Of a stretch of 64,000 nt of DNA, positions 1 to 8,489 are shown one piece after another. The stretch lies in contig VGSZ01000001.1 in the NCBI GenBank assembly GCA_016874845.1, forward strand, positions 4,581-68,580, in the 5' to 3' direction. Both the position numbers and the translations under genes were made by a program. The DNA is from Deltaproteobacteria bacterium. GTDB taxonomy: Bacteria > Myxococcota > UBA727 > VGSZ01. How positions within the stretch are numbered: position 1 is the first letter of the stretch; every line of letters starts with the position of its first letter. The notes below the pieces were generated by a model. That model saw only the letters and a list, made by a program, of their open reading frames with translations, did no database searches and had not been told where the DNA came from.

Positions 1-2
1 AC

Positions 3-1601
3 CCCGGGCTCGACGACAACGACGAGCTGCAGGGCACGCTGCGCATGGTGGTCGAGACCGACGAGGACGAGTACCAGGTCAACGGCACTCCGCTGCTCGC
101 CGACAACGAAGAAGAACTCGACGTCGTGTTCCTCGCACCGCCGGCTGGCCGCGACGCCGATCCCGACGTCGACAGCGAGATCCCCGAGGTCGAAGGTGAC
201 CAGGTCGTCCCCAACGCCGCGGCGCCCGGCCCGTACCTCGAGGTCGACAACCTGACCCCGACGTGGACGTGGTCGGTGGGCAACGAGTGGGTCGGCGCCA
301 ACGCGCAGATCCTGAACCGCACGACGAAGCAGCGCTACGCCGGCGCGGTGATCTCGCAGGACGTCACCACCGACAACTTCGCGCGCATCAACGCGATCAA
401 GAACAGCATCGACATCGTCGCGCTGCAGGGCACCATCGAGTGGGGCACGCAGCGGACGATGACGCAGAACAAGGCGTCGGGCCGTCTGGTGCTGATGGGC
501 ACCACCTACATGGACATCAACTTCCAGCCGGGCATCCAGTGCAGCATCGAAGACGACTTCGAGACCTGCATGGTGCTGGCCGGTGAGTTCCGCCCGCGCA
601 AGAACGAAGGCGTTCCGACGCGCACGCCGCGCCCGAAGAAGCGCACCTACCTGAACTACCAGCGCAGTAGGGAGTTCTATTTCCAATTGGGGCCGATCCC
701 GTTCGTGATCGAGATCAGCGTGTCGGCGGGCCTCGGTATGCGCGGCACCGTCGCCTTCGTCCAGGACCGCTCGGCCAACGACGCCGACGGCACCGCGGTG
801 ACGACGGGCCTGCAGGTGACGATGGGCCCGGTGCTCGACGCCGGCGGATCGGTGTTCGGCGGCCTCAACCTCGCGGTCACCCGCGTCGGCATCCGCGGCG
901 CCGTCACCTTCGCGTCGGTCGAGTTCCAGCCGTCGGTGCTCGTCGGCTGGACGCAAGAGATCGACGAGAAGGGCAACACCGATCCCGCCGACGACTGCTG
1001 GAAGATGAACACCGGCCAGATCCGCTGGGAGGGTCCGCTGACGGTGACGGTGCTGTCGGGTGACATCAGCGTTATCGCCGAGGGTGGCATCTGCGGCTGC
1101 GTGCCGTGGGTCGGGTGCGCGTGCGCGTGGGGCGAGATCTTCTCGTTCACCATCGTCAGGATCCCGCCGGCGTATACGAACACCTGGATGCTGTTCCAGA
1201 GCACGTACGACTTCGCCAACGGCCCCGGCATGTGCACGCCGCCGCCGGCGGGCGGGCTCGGCGTCGGCGCGACCTGGAACTCGCCGCGGGTGTCGGGCTG
1301 CAACGACTGGTCGGGTGCGGCCTCGTACTGCAACAACGCCAACGGCACCGGCAGCTACGCCGCCGACTTCGCGCGGCCGGCGAACACCTGCGGTGCGCTC
1401 GTGATCAACGGGTCGACCGAGTCTTTCTTTGACTTCCTCACCGTGCTCGACGCCAACGGCAACCGGCTGATCCGCGAGTCCGGCACGTTCAGCAACCGGC
1501 GCATCAACGTGTGCGCCAACGCGGCCGGCCGCTCGGCCTCCGTGCGCCTCGAAACCGACTTCTCCATAATCGCGCCCGGCGTCAGCGTCCGCCAGGAGTG
1601 A
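3..1601 (+). CDS. hypothetical secreted/cell-surface protein, 5'-partial (first in-window ATG at 45, but the frame is open back to base 3 with coding-like GC3 and no RBS at 45)
   Basis: ORF 45..1601 with a strongly GC3-biased frame and Cys-rich C-terminus. A rho-independent terminator follows immediately. Confidence 0.5.
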   Translation, partial: PGLDDNDELQGTLRMVVETDEDEYQVNGTPLLADNEEELDVVFLAPPAGRDADPDVDSEIPEVEGDQVVPNAAAPGPYLEVDNLTPTWTWSVGNEWVGANAQILNRTTKQRYAGAVISQDVTTDNFARINAIKNSIDIVALQGTIEWGTQRTMTQNKASGRLVLMGTTYMDINFQPGIQCSIEDDFETCMVLAGEFRPRKNEGVPTRTPRPKKRTYLNYQRSREFYFQLGPIPFVIEISVSAGLGMRGTVAFVQDRSANDADGTAVTTGLQVTMGPVLDAGGSVFGGLNLAVTRVGIRGAVTFASVEFQPSVLVGWTQEIDEKGNTDPADDCWKMNTGQIRWEGPLTVTVLSGDISVIAEGGICGCVPWVGCACAWGEIFSFTIVRIPPAYTNTWMLFQSTYDFANGPGMCTPPPAGGLGVGATWNSPRVSGCNDWSGAASYCNNANGTGSYAADFARPANTCGALVINGSTESFFDFLTVLDANGNRLIRESGTFSNRRINVCANAAGRSASVRLETDFSIIAPGVSVRQE

Positions 1602-1633
1602 GCCCGGCGCGCTCCCGCTGACGGAAGAAGAGA

Positions 1634-1665
1634 GGCGGCCCCGGGTGACCGGGGCCGCCTTTTTT
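1634..1665 (+). terminator. rho-independent terminator: GGCGGCCCCGG-gtga-CCGGGGCCGCC followed by TTTTTT
   Basis: Perfect 11-bp GC stem, 4-nt loop and a T6 run 33 bp after the stop at 1601. Confidence 0.75.
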
Positions 1666-1666
1666 C

Positions 1667-3058
1667 GTGCGCCATCCACGCCCGCGCCGACGTCGACTCC
1701 TGTCCCCGCGGTGCTACCTTGTCGACGTGCGCTCCCGCCTGATCGCCCTCGCCGTCGCCGCCGTCGTCGTCGATGCGGTCGGCGCCTGCGCCGTCGACGC
1801 CGACGCGCTGGATGCCGCGCCCGCGAGCGCGCGCGCCTTGCGCGACGGCACGCCGCTCGCTCCCGCCGATGCGCTCGCCGCCGTCGCCGTCGGCCGGCTC
1901 GTCGACGTCGATGGTCGGCTCCGCTGCACCGCCACCGCCCTCGGACCGCGCCACGTCCTGACCGCGCGCCACTGCCTGCGCCCCGGCGGCGACGTCGATG
2001 CCATCCTCGACGAGCGCACCCTCGGGTTCCGCGAGCGCGGCGACGACGTCGTGCGCCCGGTCGTCACCGTCGCGCGCCACCCCGACCTCGACCTCGCCTT
2101 GCTCGGCCTCGGGGCCGCCGTGCGCGGCGCCGCCGTCGTCGACGTCGCATCCCCCGCGGCGGGCGACGCCGTCACCGCCGTGGGCGCCGGCCTCGGCACG
2201 CCCGACGACGACGTCGTCCACGCCGGCCGGTTCGTCGTCGACGACGTCCTCGACGACCGCTTCACCGTGGTCGCCGCCGTCGACGCCGGCCTGTGCCCGG
2301 GCGACTCCGGGGCGCCGGTCTTCGCCGCGACCGCCGACGCCATCGCCCTCGTGGGCGTCCACGTCCGCGGCTTCGACGACTGCGGTGGCCCGTCCACCGC
2401 CGTCCGCGTCGACCGCGCCGGCGACTTCCTCGCCGCGGCGACGAGCGCCCCCGTGGGCGCCGCCGCCGACGCCTGCGACGGCGCCGCCGCCGTCGACCAC
2501 TGCGTCGACGACACGCTGCGCCGCTGCGTGCTGCAGACGTGGCGCAGCATCCCCTGTGCAGCCGCCGACCACGCCTGCGTCGACGACGACGGGCAGGGGG
2601 CCCGCTGCGCGCCGGTGCCGTGCGGCGACGTCTCGGCCGCCGGCCGCTGCGAAGGCGGTGTCGCGCTGGCGTGCGTGGGGGGCACGCGCGTCGTCCGCGA
2701 CTGTGCTGCCGCGGAGGGACGTGGCTGCGCCCTCGATCCGTCGACGGGCCGCGTCGGGTGCGTCCCCTGCGACGCCTGCGACGGCGTCTGCGTCGACCAC
2801 GCCGTCGATGACGATCACTGCGGCGCCTGTGGTCACGCCTGCGCGCGCCGCGAGCGCTGCACGGCGGGCGCCTGCGTCGCCCTCACCCCGCGCGACGACG
2901 AAGAGGTCGACGACCCACCACCGCCGCCGCCGCCGCCGGGCGACGAGGACGACGCGGGCGACGGTGTCCGCGCCACCGACGAGGGACCGGGCTGCGCCGG
3001 CAGCGGCGCGTGGGTGGGTGTGTTGTGCGGGCTTCGCCGTCGACGGCGGCGGTCGTGA
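1667..3058 (+). CDS. trypsin-like (S1) serine protease with Cys-rich C-terminal region and MYXO-CTERM sorting tail
   Basis: His motif LTARHC, Ser motif CPGDSGAPV, Asp in DLDLALL. Poly-Pro stretch, then C-terminal GCAGSGAWVGVLCGLRRRRRRS (Cys, hydrophobic, Arg-rich). Possible GTG start at 1727 giving a lipoprotein-like signal (AVGAC). Confidence 0.8.
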   Translation: MRHPRPRRRRLLSPRCYLVDVRSRLIALAVAAVVVDAVGACAVDADALDAAPASARALRDGTPLAPADALAAVAVGRLVDVDGRLRCTATALGPRHVLTARHCLRPGGDVDAILDERTLGFRERGDDVVRPVVTVARHPDLDLALLGLGAAVRGAAVVDVASPAAGDAVTAVGAGLGTPDDDVVHAGRFVVDDVLDDRFTVVAAVDAGLCPGDSGAPVFAATADAIALVGVHVRGFDDCGGPSTAVRVDRAGDFLAAATSAPVGAAADACDGAAAVDHCVDDTLRRCVLQTWRSIPCAAADHACVDDDGQGARCAPVPCGDVSAAGRCEGGVALACVGGTRVVRDCAAAEGRGCALDPSTGRVGCVPCDACDGVCVDHAVDDDHCGACGHACARRERCTAGACVALTPRDDEEVDDPPPPPPPPGDEDDAGDGVRATDEGPGCAGSGAWVGVLCGLRRRRRRS

Positions 3059-3507
3059 GCCGCGCGCTTGGGCGGACGTTCGCGCGGACGTTCGCGCTGG
3101 TGTGGATGGGGCTCGCCGGCGTTGGCGCCTGCAACGGGGCCATCGCGCAGAAGGCGCTCGGGCGCCGGCTCGACCTGAGGCTGCCGCACCTGCAGCAGGC
3201 CTACGTGATGTTCATCGAGATCCCGCGCAGCCCGGCGGTGCATACGTTCGTCGACGAGCAGGGTCAGCGCCGCTCGGTGGCCGACCTGCAGGCGGCGCCG
3301 GCGATCGGGTACGCGCGCGCGCGGATCGAGGCGAACTTCACCCTCGCGCCCGAGCTCCTGCGCCACGTCTGTCGGCAGCACATCGACGGCGGCGGCGCAC
3401 CCGTGGACATCACCACCGACGAGCACCGGCTGAATTTCCACCCCGAGCGCCCCTACCGCAGCTACACCGAGCGCTGCACCGCTGCTGGCCTCGCGCGGGT
3501 TCGTTGA
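3055..3507 (+). CDS. small lipoprotein (signal peptide with VGAC lipobox), hypothetical
   Basis: In-frame part of ORF 3010..3507. GTG at 3055 overlaps the protease stop (GTGA); an alternative ATG lies at 3106. Its stop TGA overlaps the next start (ATGA at 3507). N-terminal RTFARTFALVWMGLAGVGAC. Confidence 0.45.
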   Translation: MSRALGRTFARTFALVWMGLAGVGACNGAIAQKALGRRLDLRLPHLQQAYVMFIEIPRSPAVHTFVDEQGQRRSVADLQAAPAIGYARARIEANFTLAPELLRHVCRQHIDGGGAPVDITTDEHRLNFHPERPYRSYTERCTAAGLARVR

Positions 3508-6134
3508 TGATCGCGTCGCTCTTCGCCTGGCTCGAACGCGAGCGCGATCCCCGCCCGATCGCGCTGCTGCGCATCACGCTCTTCCTCGGCGTGCTCGTCC
3601 ACTTCCTGCCGTCGCTGCTGGCGCACGACGTCGAGTACGCGGTCACCGCCGCGCGGGCCCGCCTGCACAACGGCTGGCTCTACGACCACCTGGCACAGAC
3701 GCCACGGGTCGTCGTCGGCGCGCTGGCGGTGGCGTTGGTGCTCGCCCTCGTGCTCGGGGTCGTGGGCTTCGCCACCCGCGCGGCGAGCGCGGTGACGATG
3801 GCGCTGACGTGGGTGTTCGCGTCGTGGAACGCCTTGCCCGTCCAGACCATCGCCTTGTTGTGCGCCTGGTCGCTGTTGCCCGTGCTGGCGGTCCTGCCCG
3901 GCGCGTCGTCGACCTGGTCGGTGGAGGCGTGGCTCGCCCGTCGGCAGGGACGCCGCCTGCCCCCGCCTGCGCTGGTGGCGAACCTGTCGTTGTTTCTCGT
4001 CGTGTGGCCGGTGTTCTTCGCCGGCGTCGAGAAGCTCGTGGCCGGCTGGCTGGCGAACCACGAGATGGCGATGCTGTTTCGCACCCCGCCCGGCTACATC
4101 CTGCGCGACGTCGCCGCCCTGCTGCCCTTGCGGTCGGAGTGGTTCGCGGCGGCCATCGGCTGGTTCACGGTCTTCGTCGAGCTGACGGCGCCGGTGCTGC
4201 TGGCGTTTCGACGCACGCGCGCGGTCGGGCTGGCGCTGTGGCTGGCGCTGTTCTCCGGCATCGTGGCGTTGATCGAGGTGCCGCCCCTCTTTGGCGCCGT
4301 CTTCGTCTTCGGCGTGTTCCTGTGTCTCGACGCCGACGAGATCGACCGACTCCTGCGGCGACGGACAGCGTCGTCCGCGCCGTCGGCGGCGCCGTCGTCC
4401 ACGTCGCCGTCCACGTCGTCGTCGACGCCGTCGGCCGCGGCGCTCGTCGTCGGGGTCCTCGTCGGCGTCGGTGGCGGCTGCGCGCCGTCGCTGGCACCGT
4501 CGCCCCCCGATCCCACCGCGGACTGGTTCCGGCGCGACGCCGCGCTGCCCGTCGAAGTCGCGGTGGGCGAGCAGGCCTGGGAGACGCTGCGGCACCAGCA
4601 CCACGACGTCGCTGCCGTGGCCACCAGCCTGTGCAGCGGCGAGCCGCCCGCCGACGTGTACGACTGGCAGCACGCCCACGCCCGCGTCGACGGCGTCGTC
4701 CACGCCGCCGCCGCGGTGCGCAAGAAGGGATTCTTCGGCTCCGACGACACCGCCAGGCCGTCGCTGAAGCTGAAGTGGCGCGACGCCGGTGACGTCGCAT
4801 CGACGACGTTGACGCTGAACAACGCGGTCGCCGACCCCTCGCTGCTGCGCCAGTGTCTGGCGGCGCTGGTGTTCGAGCGCGTCGGCGTGCCCACGCCGCG
4901 CTGCGGCTTCGCCCGCGTCGTCGTCGACGGCGTCGACCGCGGCGTCTTCGTGCACGTCGAGAGCCTGAAGCCGCCGTTCCTGCTCCGCGCGTGGGGCGAA
5001 GACGACGGCGCCTTGTACGAGGGGCGCCTCGCCGACTTCCGCGACGGGATGGACGTGCTGTTCGAGGGCAAGGACGGCGCCGATCCCGCCCGCGACGCCT
5101 CGCTGGCGGCGGTGACGGCGGCGCTCACCGGCACCGACGACACGCTGCTGCCGGCGCTCGAGCGCGCGCTCGACCTGCCCGGCTTCCTCCGCTTCTGGGC
5201 CGCCGAGGTGCTCGTGGCCCACGTCGATGGCTACGCGAACAACCGCAACAACTTCGCGCTGTGGCGGAGCGCACGGGACGGGCGCCTGCGTTTCATCCCG
5301 TGGGGGCTCGACGAGACGTTCGAGGACCGGGGCACGCTGCAGGCGCCCTCGTCGCCCTTCGTGTCGGTGATGGCGCGGGGGCGGCTGGCGCGGCGGCTGT
5401 TCCTGCACCCCGAAGGACGGGCGCGCTTCACCGCCGCGCTGCGCACAGCGCTGCACGACGCCTGGGACGAGCCGGTCCTCCTGGACGCCATCGACGACAT
5501 GGCGGCGATGCTGGCGGAGCACCACGCGGGCGATCAGTGGCGCGAGCTCGACCGCGCCATCGCGCGGACGCGCGCGTTCGTCGAGGGGCGACGCGCGCAG
5601 CTCCTCGCCGAGCTCGAGGGCGACGGCGTCGTCTGGACCGAGCCCGAGCTGCCCGCCGTCTGTCGGCCGCAGGGCGCCGTCGACGTCGCCGTGGCGACGA
5701 GGCTCGGCACGCTGCACGCCGACCCCTTCGTCGCCGGGCGCGGTGACAGCGCGCTGTCGTCGGCGTCGATCGGGGCCCGCGCCGGGCGTGATCGCGAGGG
5801 CCGCTTCGTGCTCGAGGTGGCGCTCGACGACGGCAACGCGGCGCTGCGGGTGCTCCGCGTCGTCGCGCCGTGGGACCGCGTGCGGCCGGGCGCCGTGCTC
5901 CCCTTCGGCGGCACCGGCGACGACGCCACCGCCCTCGTCCTCGACGTCGTCGCCACCGACGGCGCGACGACCCCGCGCGGCGTGCTCGTGGACGGCGGCC
6001 TCGTGCTCGGGACCGCCGCCGACCCCGACGCGGTCGTCGCCCGCGTGCACGGGACCGCGACGTGCGTGGCGCTGCTCGGGGGGCGCTGCGACGGCGACGG
6101 CGACGCGACTGGCAGGCGACTGAAGGGCGACTGA
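3507..6134 (+). CDS. HTTM-domain (vitamin-K-dependent gamma-carboxylase-like transmembrane) fused to a CotH-family protein kinase domain
   Basis: N-terminal PIALLRITLFLGVLVHFLP plus multiple TM helices (HTTM-like). C-terminal CotH signatures NNRNNFALWRSARDGRLRFIPWGLDETFED, VVVDGVDRGVFVHVESLK and ALYEGR. Good GC3. The upstream part of track ORF 1998..6134 is a spurious in-frame extension. Confidence 0.7.
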   Translation: MIASLFAWLERERDPRPIALLRITLFLGVLVHFLPSLLAHDVEYAVTAARARLHNGWLYDHLAQTPRVVVGALAVALVLALVLGVVGFATRAASAVTMALTWVFASWNALPVQTIALLCAWSLLPVLAVLPGASSTWSVEAWLARRQGRRLPPPALVANLSLFLVVWPVFFAGVEKLVAGWLANHEMAMLFRTPPGYILRDVAALLPLRSEWFAAAIGWFTVFVELTAPVLLAFRRTRAVGLALWLALFSGIVALIEVPPLFGAVFVFGVFLCLDADEIDRLLRRRTASSAPSAAPSSTSPSTSSSTPSAAALVVGVLVGVGGGCAPSLAPSPPDPTADWFRRDAALPVEVAVGEQAWETLRHQHHDVAAVATSLCSGEPPADVYDWQHAHARVDGVVHAAAAVRKKGFFGSDDTARPSLKLKWRDAGDVASTTLTLNNAVADPSLLRQCLAALVFERVGVPTPRCGFARVVVDGVDRGVFVHVESLKPPFLLRAWGEDDGALYEGRLADFRDGMDVLFEGKDGADPARDASLAAVTAALTGTDDTLLPALERALDLPGFLRFWAAEVLVAHVDGYANNRNNFALWRSARDGRLRFIPWGLDETFEDRGTLQAPSSPFVSVMARGRLARRLFLHPEGRARFTAALRTALHDAWDEPVLLDAIDDMAAMLAEHHAGDQWRELDRAIARTRAFVEGRRAQLLAELEGDGVVWTEPELPAVCRPQGAVDVAVATRLGTLHADPFVAGRGDSALSSASIGARAGRDREGRFVLEVALDDGNAALRVLRVVAPWDRVRPGAVLPFGGTGDDATALVLDVVATDGATTPRGVLVDGGLVLGTAADPDAVVARVHGTATCVALLGGRCDGDGDATGRRLKGD

Positions 6135-6175
6135 AGGGCGACTGAAGGGCGACTGAAGGGCGACTGGCAGGCGAG
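6110..6175. repeat. 11-bp tandem repeat TGAAGGGCGAC x4 flanked by the variant TGGCAGGCGAC
   Basis: Seen directly. The first unit supplies the stop codon of the CotH gene, and each unit contains TGA. Confidence 0.8.
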
Positions 6176-6336
6176 GGAAGGCGCCGCCGGAGACTCGGCT
6201 CGCCAAGCTCCCGCGCCCGCTCACGACCTCGGAGGCGCGGGGGGACCCACGCCGACGTCCTCCTCGCGTCCTTTAGGCCAGACGGTGCTCCGTCAGGCCT
6301 TGCGCCAGACGGGACCGGCGGCGTCAACGCCGCGCG

Positions 6337-6645
6337 TCACTCGCGAGCGAGCCCGGGCGCGGTCAGGGGTGAGCCGTCGACAGCGTCGCCGGGGCGGCCC
6401 GCCATCGTCGGGATGCTGCCCTGCGCGAAGTGGCGCACGCCGGCGACGAGAGACGCCACGGCGACGACGAGGCCGAAGGGCGCCATCACCGCCTCGGACA
6501 GGCGCTGGGGCAGCAGCAGCGAGGCGACGCAGAGGACGACGCAGACGACGAGGAGGCCGCGCAGCACGCGGTCGCCGCGGGGCCAGCCCTCGCCCATGCC
6601 GAGCAGCGTGCGGGTGAAGTTCGTGATCCCAATCAGCTCGAGCAT
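6337..6645 (-). CDS. small two-TM membrane protein, hypothetical
   Basis: Hydrophobic helices GLLVVCVVLCVASLLLP and MAPFGLVVAVASLVAGV. The antisense + frame shares codon phase and translates to low-complexity T/R/S, so it is a shadow. The start is taken at an internal Met of ORF 6337..6786. Confidence 0.35.
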   Translation of the reverse strand: MLELIGITNFTRTLLGMGEGWPRGDRVLRGLLVVCVVLCVASLLLPQRLSEAVMAPFGLVVAVASLVAGVRHFAQGSIPTMAGRPGDAVDGSPLTAPGLARE

Positions 6646-6649
6646 CACG

Positions 6650-6916
6650 ATGGCGCCGCCGCCCGAGCCGCTGCCGGCGTTCCAGCCGGCCAGCCAGACC
6701 GCCGCCGAGCAGCGCGTGCTGCGCGCCCTCGACGACAGGCTGCGCCCGGCAGGAGCGGCGGCACGGCTCGGCCTCGCCATCGGCACCGTGCGCGTGCACC
6801 TGAAGCGCGTCTACGCCGAAACCGGCGCCCACGGGCAGCGGCGCGTCGTCGACCGCTTCGCCCGTATCCGCGCGAGCCTTCTCCCCCACGGACCGTCATG
6901 CGCGCGCTCGGGCTGA
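6650..6916 (+). CDS. LuxR-family HTH solo protein (about 88 aa)
   Basis: C-terminal LuxR-type HTH LGLAIGTVRVHLKRVYAETGAHGQRRVV. Real start likely the internal ATG of ORF 6413..6916, because the upstream part is antisense to the membrane ORF. Confidence 0.4.
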   Translation: MAPPPEPLPAFQPASQTAAEQRVLRALDDRLRPAGAAARLGLAIGTVRVHLKRVYAETGAHGQRRVVDRFARIRASLLPHGPSCARSG

Positions 6917-7042
6917 CCCTGCACAACGCCCTGACGGCTGCCCGCGCCGTCGGCGCCCCCCCCGACGGCGCCCTGCGCGGGCTGTCGTTCGACGAGGCCG
7001 CGCTCGCGGCTGGACAGGTCTGGGCCTTGGCAGGACACGACG

Positions 7043-7441
7043 ATGTTGTTCGACCGGCTCGAGCCGGCGCTCGACGACGACAAGAGCGACGCCATGGTCG
7101 CCCGGCACGTGCAGACGCACCCGGCGTTTCGCGTCCTCGCCCGCTTCCCGCCGTCGCCGTCGGCGTGGCTGACGCTGTTCTGGCAGCTGAGCGTCCCGGT
7201 GAGTCCGATGACGCGCGTGCTCGCCGACGACGCCGCGACCGACCCCCACGAGTTCACCTACGCGCTGCGTGAGGATGTCGCGCCTTGCCCCTGCTGGCGG
7301 CGTCTCACCCACGTCGCGGCGGTCCATGCCCTGGCGCCCTGTGACGGCCCGCCGCTTGCCGTCGTCGATGTCGCGCTCACCGACGCACGCTGCGCGCCCG
7401 GTACCGTGCGCCCTATCCGCCGTCGGCGGCGGAGCGCCTGA
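7043..7441 (+). CDS. hypothetical protein (132 aa)
   Basis: ATG-initiated ORF with high GC3. It ends 20 bp before the second LuxR-solo ORF. Confidence 0.35.
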   Translation: MLFDRLEPALDDDKSDAMVARHVQTHPAFRVLARFPPSPSAWLTLFWQLSVPVSPMTRVLADDAATDPHEFTYALREDVAPCPCWRRLTHVAAVHALAPCDGPPLAVVDVALTDARCAPGTVRPIRRRRRSA

Positions 7442-7463
7442 TGGCAGCCCACGCCATGACGTC

Positions 7464-7784
7464 GTGGCCGACGTGCTTGGCGCCCTCGAGCTGCTGGGCG
7501 ACGCGCTCGGACCGGCGGTGCGCGACGGCCACCTCGCCTTCGCCCCCGACCTGCGCGCCCACATCGACGAGGTGGAGCAGCTGCGCGGCGCGTGGGGCGT
7601 GACGCTGACCGAGGCCCGCGTTGCCCCGGGCCTCGCTGACGGGCGCACGCCCGCCGAGGTCGCGGCCCACCAGGGCATTGCGCTGGGCACCGTGCGGTCC
7701 CACCTGAAGCGCCGGTACGCCAAGACCGGGTGCGCCGGCCAACGGGCCCTCGTCGAACGCGTCCGCCGGCGTCGCCTGCGCTGA
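7464..7784 (+). CDS. LuxR-family HTH solo protein, paralog of 6650..6916
   Basis: HTH GIALGTVRSHLKRRYAKTGCAGQRALV in ORF 7269..7784. A GTG start at 7464 or 7473 avoids overlap with 7043..7441. Confidence 0.4.
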   Translation: MADVLGALELLGDALGPAVRDGHLAFAPDLRAHIDEVEQLRGAWGVTLTEARVAPGLADGRTPAEVAAHQGIALGTVRSHLKRRYAKTGCAGQRALVERVRRRRLR

Positions 7785-7952
7785 GGTCGCCGGCACCGCT
7801 CCCGGCGCCAGCGGCGTCAGCGAGGGGCGGGACGACGCGGATGCGTCGCCCGTCCGGGGGGCGTACGACCATCGGCAGCGCCCGGATGCGACCCGGTGTC
7901 ACCATGCCGTGGTGCGCGGCATCCCTGTGACAACCTCTGACCCGGAGCTCTG

Positions 7953-8432
7953 ATGACGACAGCCCATGACTTCAACTTCGACGGCATCGGCGGCGGCCCG
8001 CTGCCGCTGCAGCAGTTTGCCGGCAAGGTCCTGCTGATCGTGAACGTGGCCTCGCGGTGTGGGTACACGAAGCAATACGCGGGGCTCGAGGCACTGGCGC
8101 GGGATCTGGCGGCCGACGGCGTCGTTGTCATTGGCGTGCCCTGCAACCAGTTCGGCGCGCAGGAGCCCGGTACCGAGGCCGAGATCCACACCTTTTGTTC
8201 GACGAAGTTCGGCGTCACCTTTCCGCTGACCCGCAAGGTGGAGGTGAAGGGACCGGGCGCCCACCCGCTCTACCGGTGGCTGACGGCGGAGACCGGCGGC
8301 GCTGCGATCGGCTGGAACTTCGAGAAGTTCGTGATCGGCAAGGACGGCCGGGTGGCCAAGCGCCTCGGCTCGGGCGCCACGCCCGAGGGCCGCGAGGTGC
8401 GCGCCGCCCTCGCCGCGGCGTTGGCCGCCTGA
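7953..8432 (+). CDS. gpx: glutathione peroxidase
   Basis: Motifs LLIVNVASRCGYT, PCNQFGAQEPG and WNFEKFVIGKDG. Confidence 0.9.
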   Translation: MTTAHDFNFDGIGGGPLPLQQFAGKVLLIVNVASRCGYTKQYAGLEALARDLAADGVVVIGVPCNQFGAQEPGTEAEIHTFCSTKFGVTFPLTRKVEVKGPGAHPLYRWLTAETGGAAIGWNFEKFVIGKDGRVAKRLGSGATPEGREVRAALAAALAA

Positions 8433-8489
8433 CCCTGACGCGTCGATGTGCCCCTGCTGTCCGGCGCCGCCACGCCGGGGACGCGGCCC

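Noticed and set aside
1998-3506. N-terminal 500 aa of the 1378-aa track ORF 1998..6134 (P/S/T/R-rich)
   Set aside because: It overlaps the protease gene in a shifted frame and is low-complexity. The real gene starts at the ATG at 3507, where the HTTM hydrophobic sequence begins.
1355-6327. Long minus-strand ORFs (1355..2836, 1714..2685, 3462..6224, 5428..6327) and many other 100-900 aa ORFs throughout (e.g. 8448..12017+, 13117..14436-, 22642..24318-, 24514..26607-, 30035..31552-, 36225..38207-, 44750..47992-)
   Set aside because: They are antisense or off-frame shadows of recognised genes, expected at 70 percent GC. Their translations are Arg/Ala/Pro/Gly low-complexity with no motifs.
7043-7784. 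Single frameshifted LuxR regulator spanning 7043..7441 plus 7269..7784
   Set aside because: A GTG at 7464/7473 gives a stand-alone about-105-aa LuxR solo matching the size of its paralog at 6650..6916. Separate adjacent genes are the more parsimonious reading.
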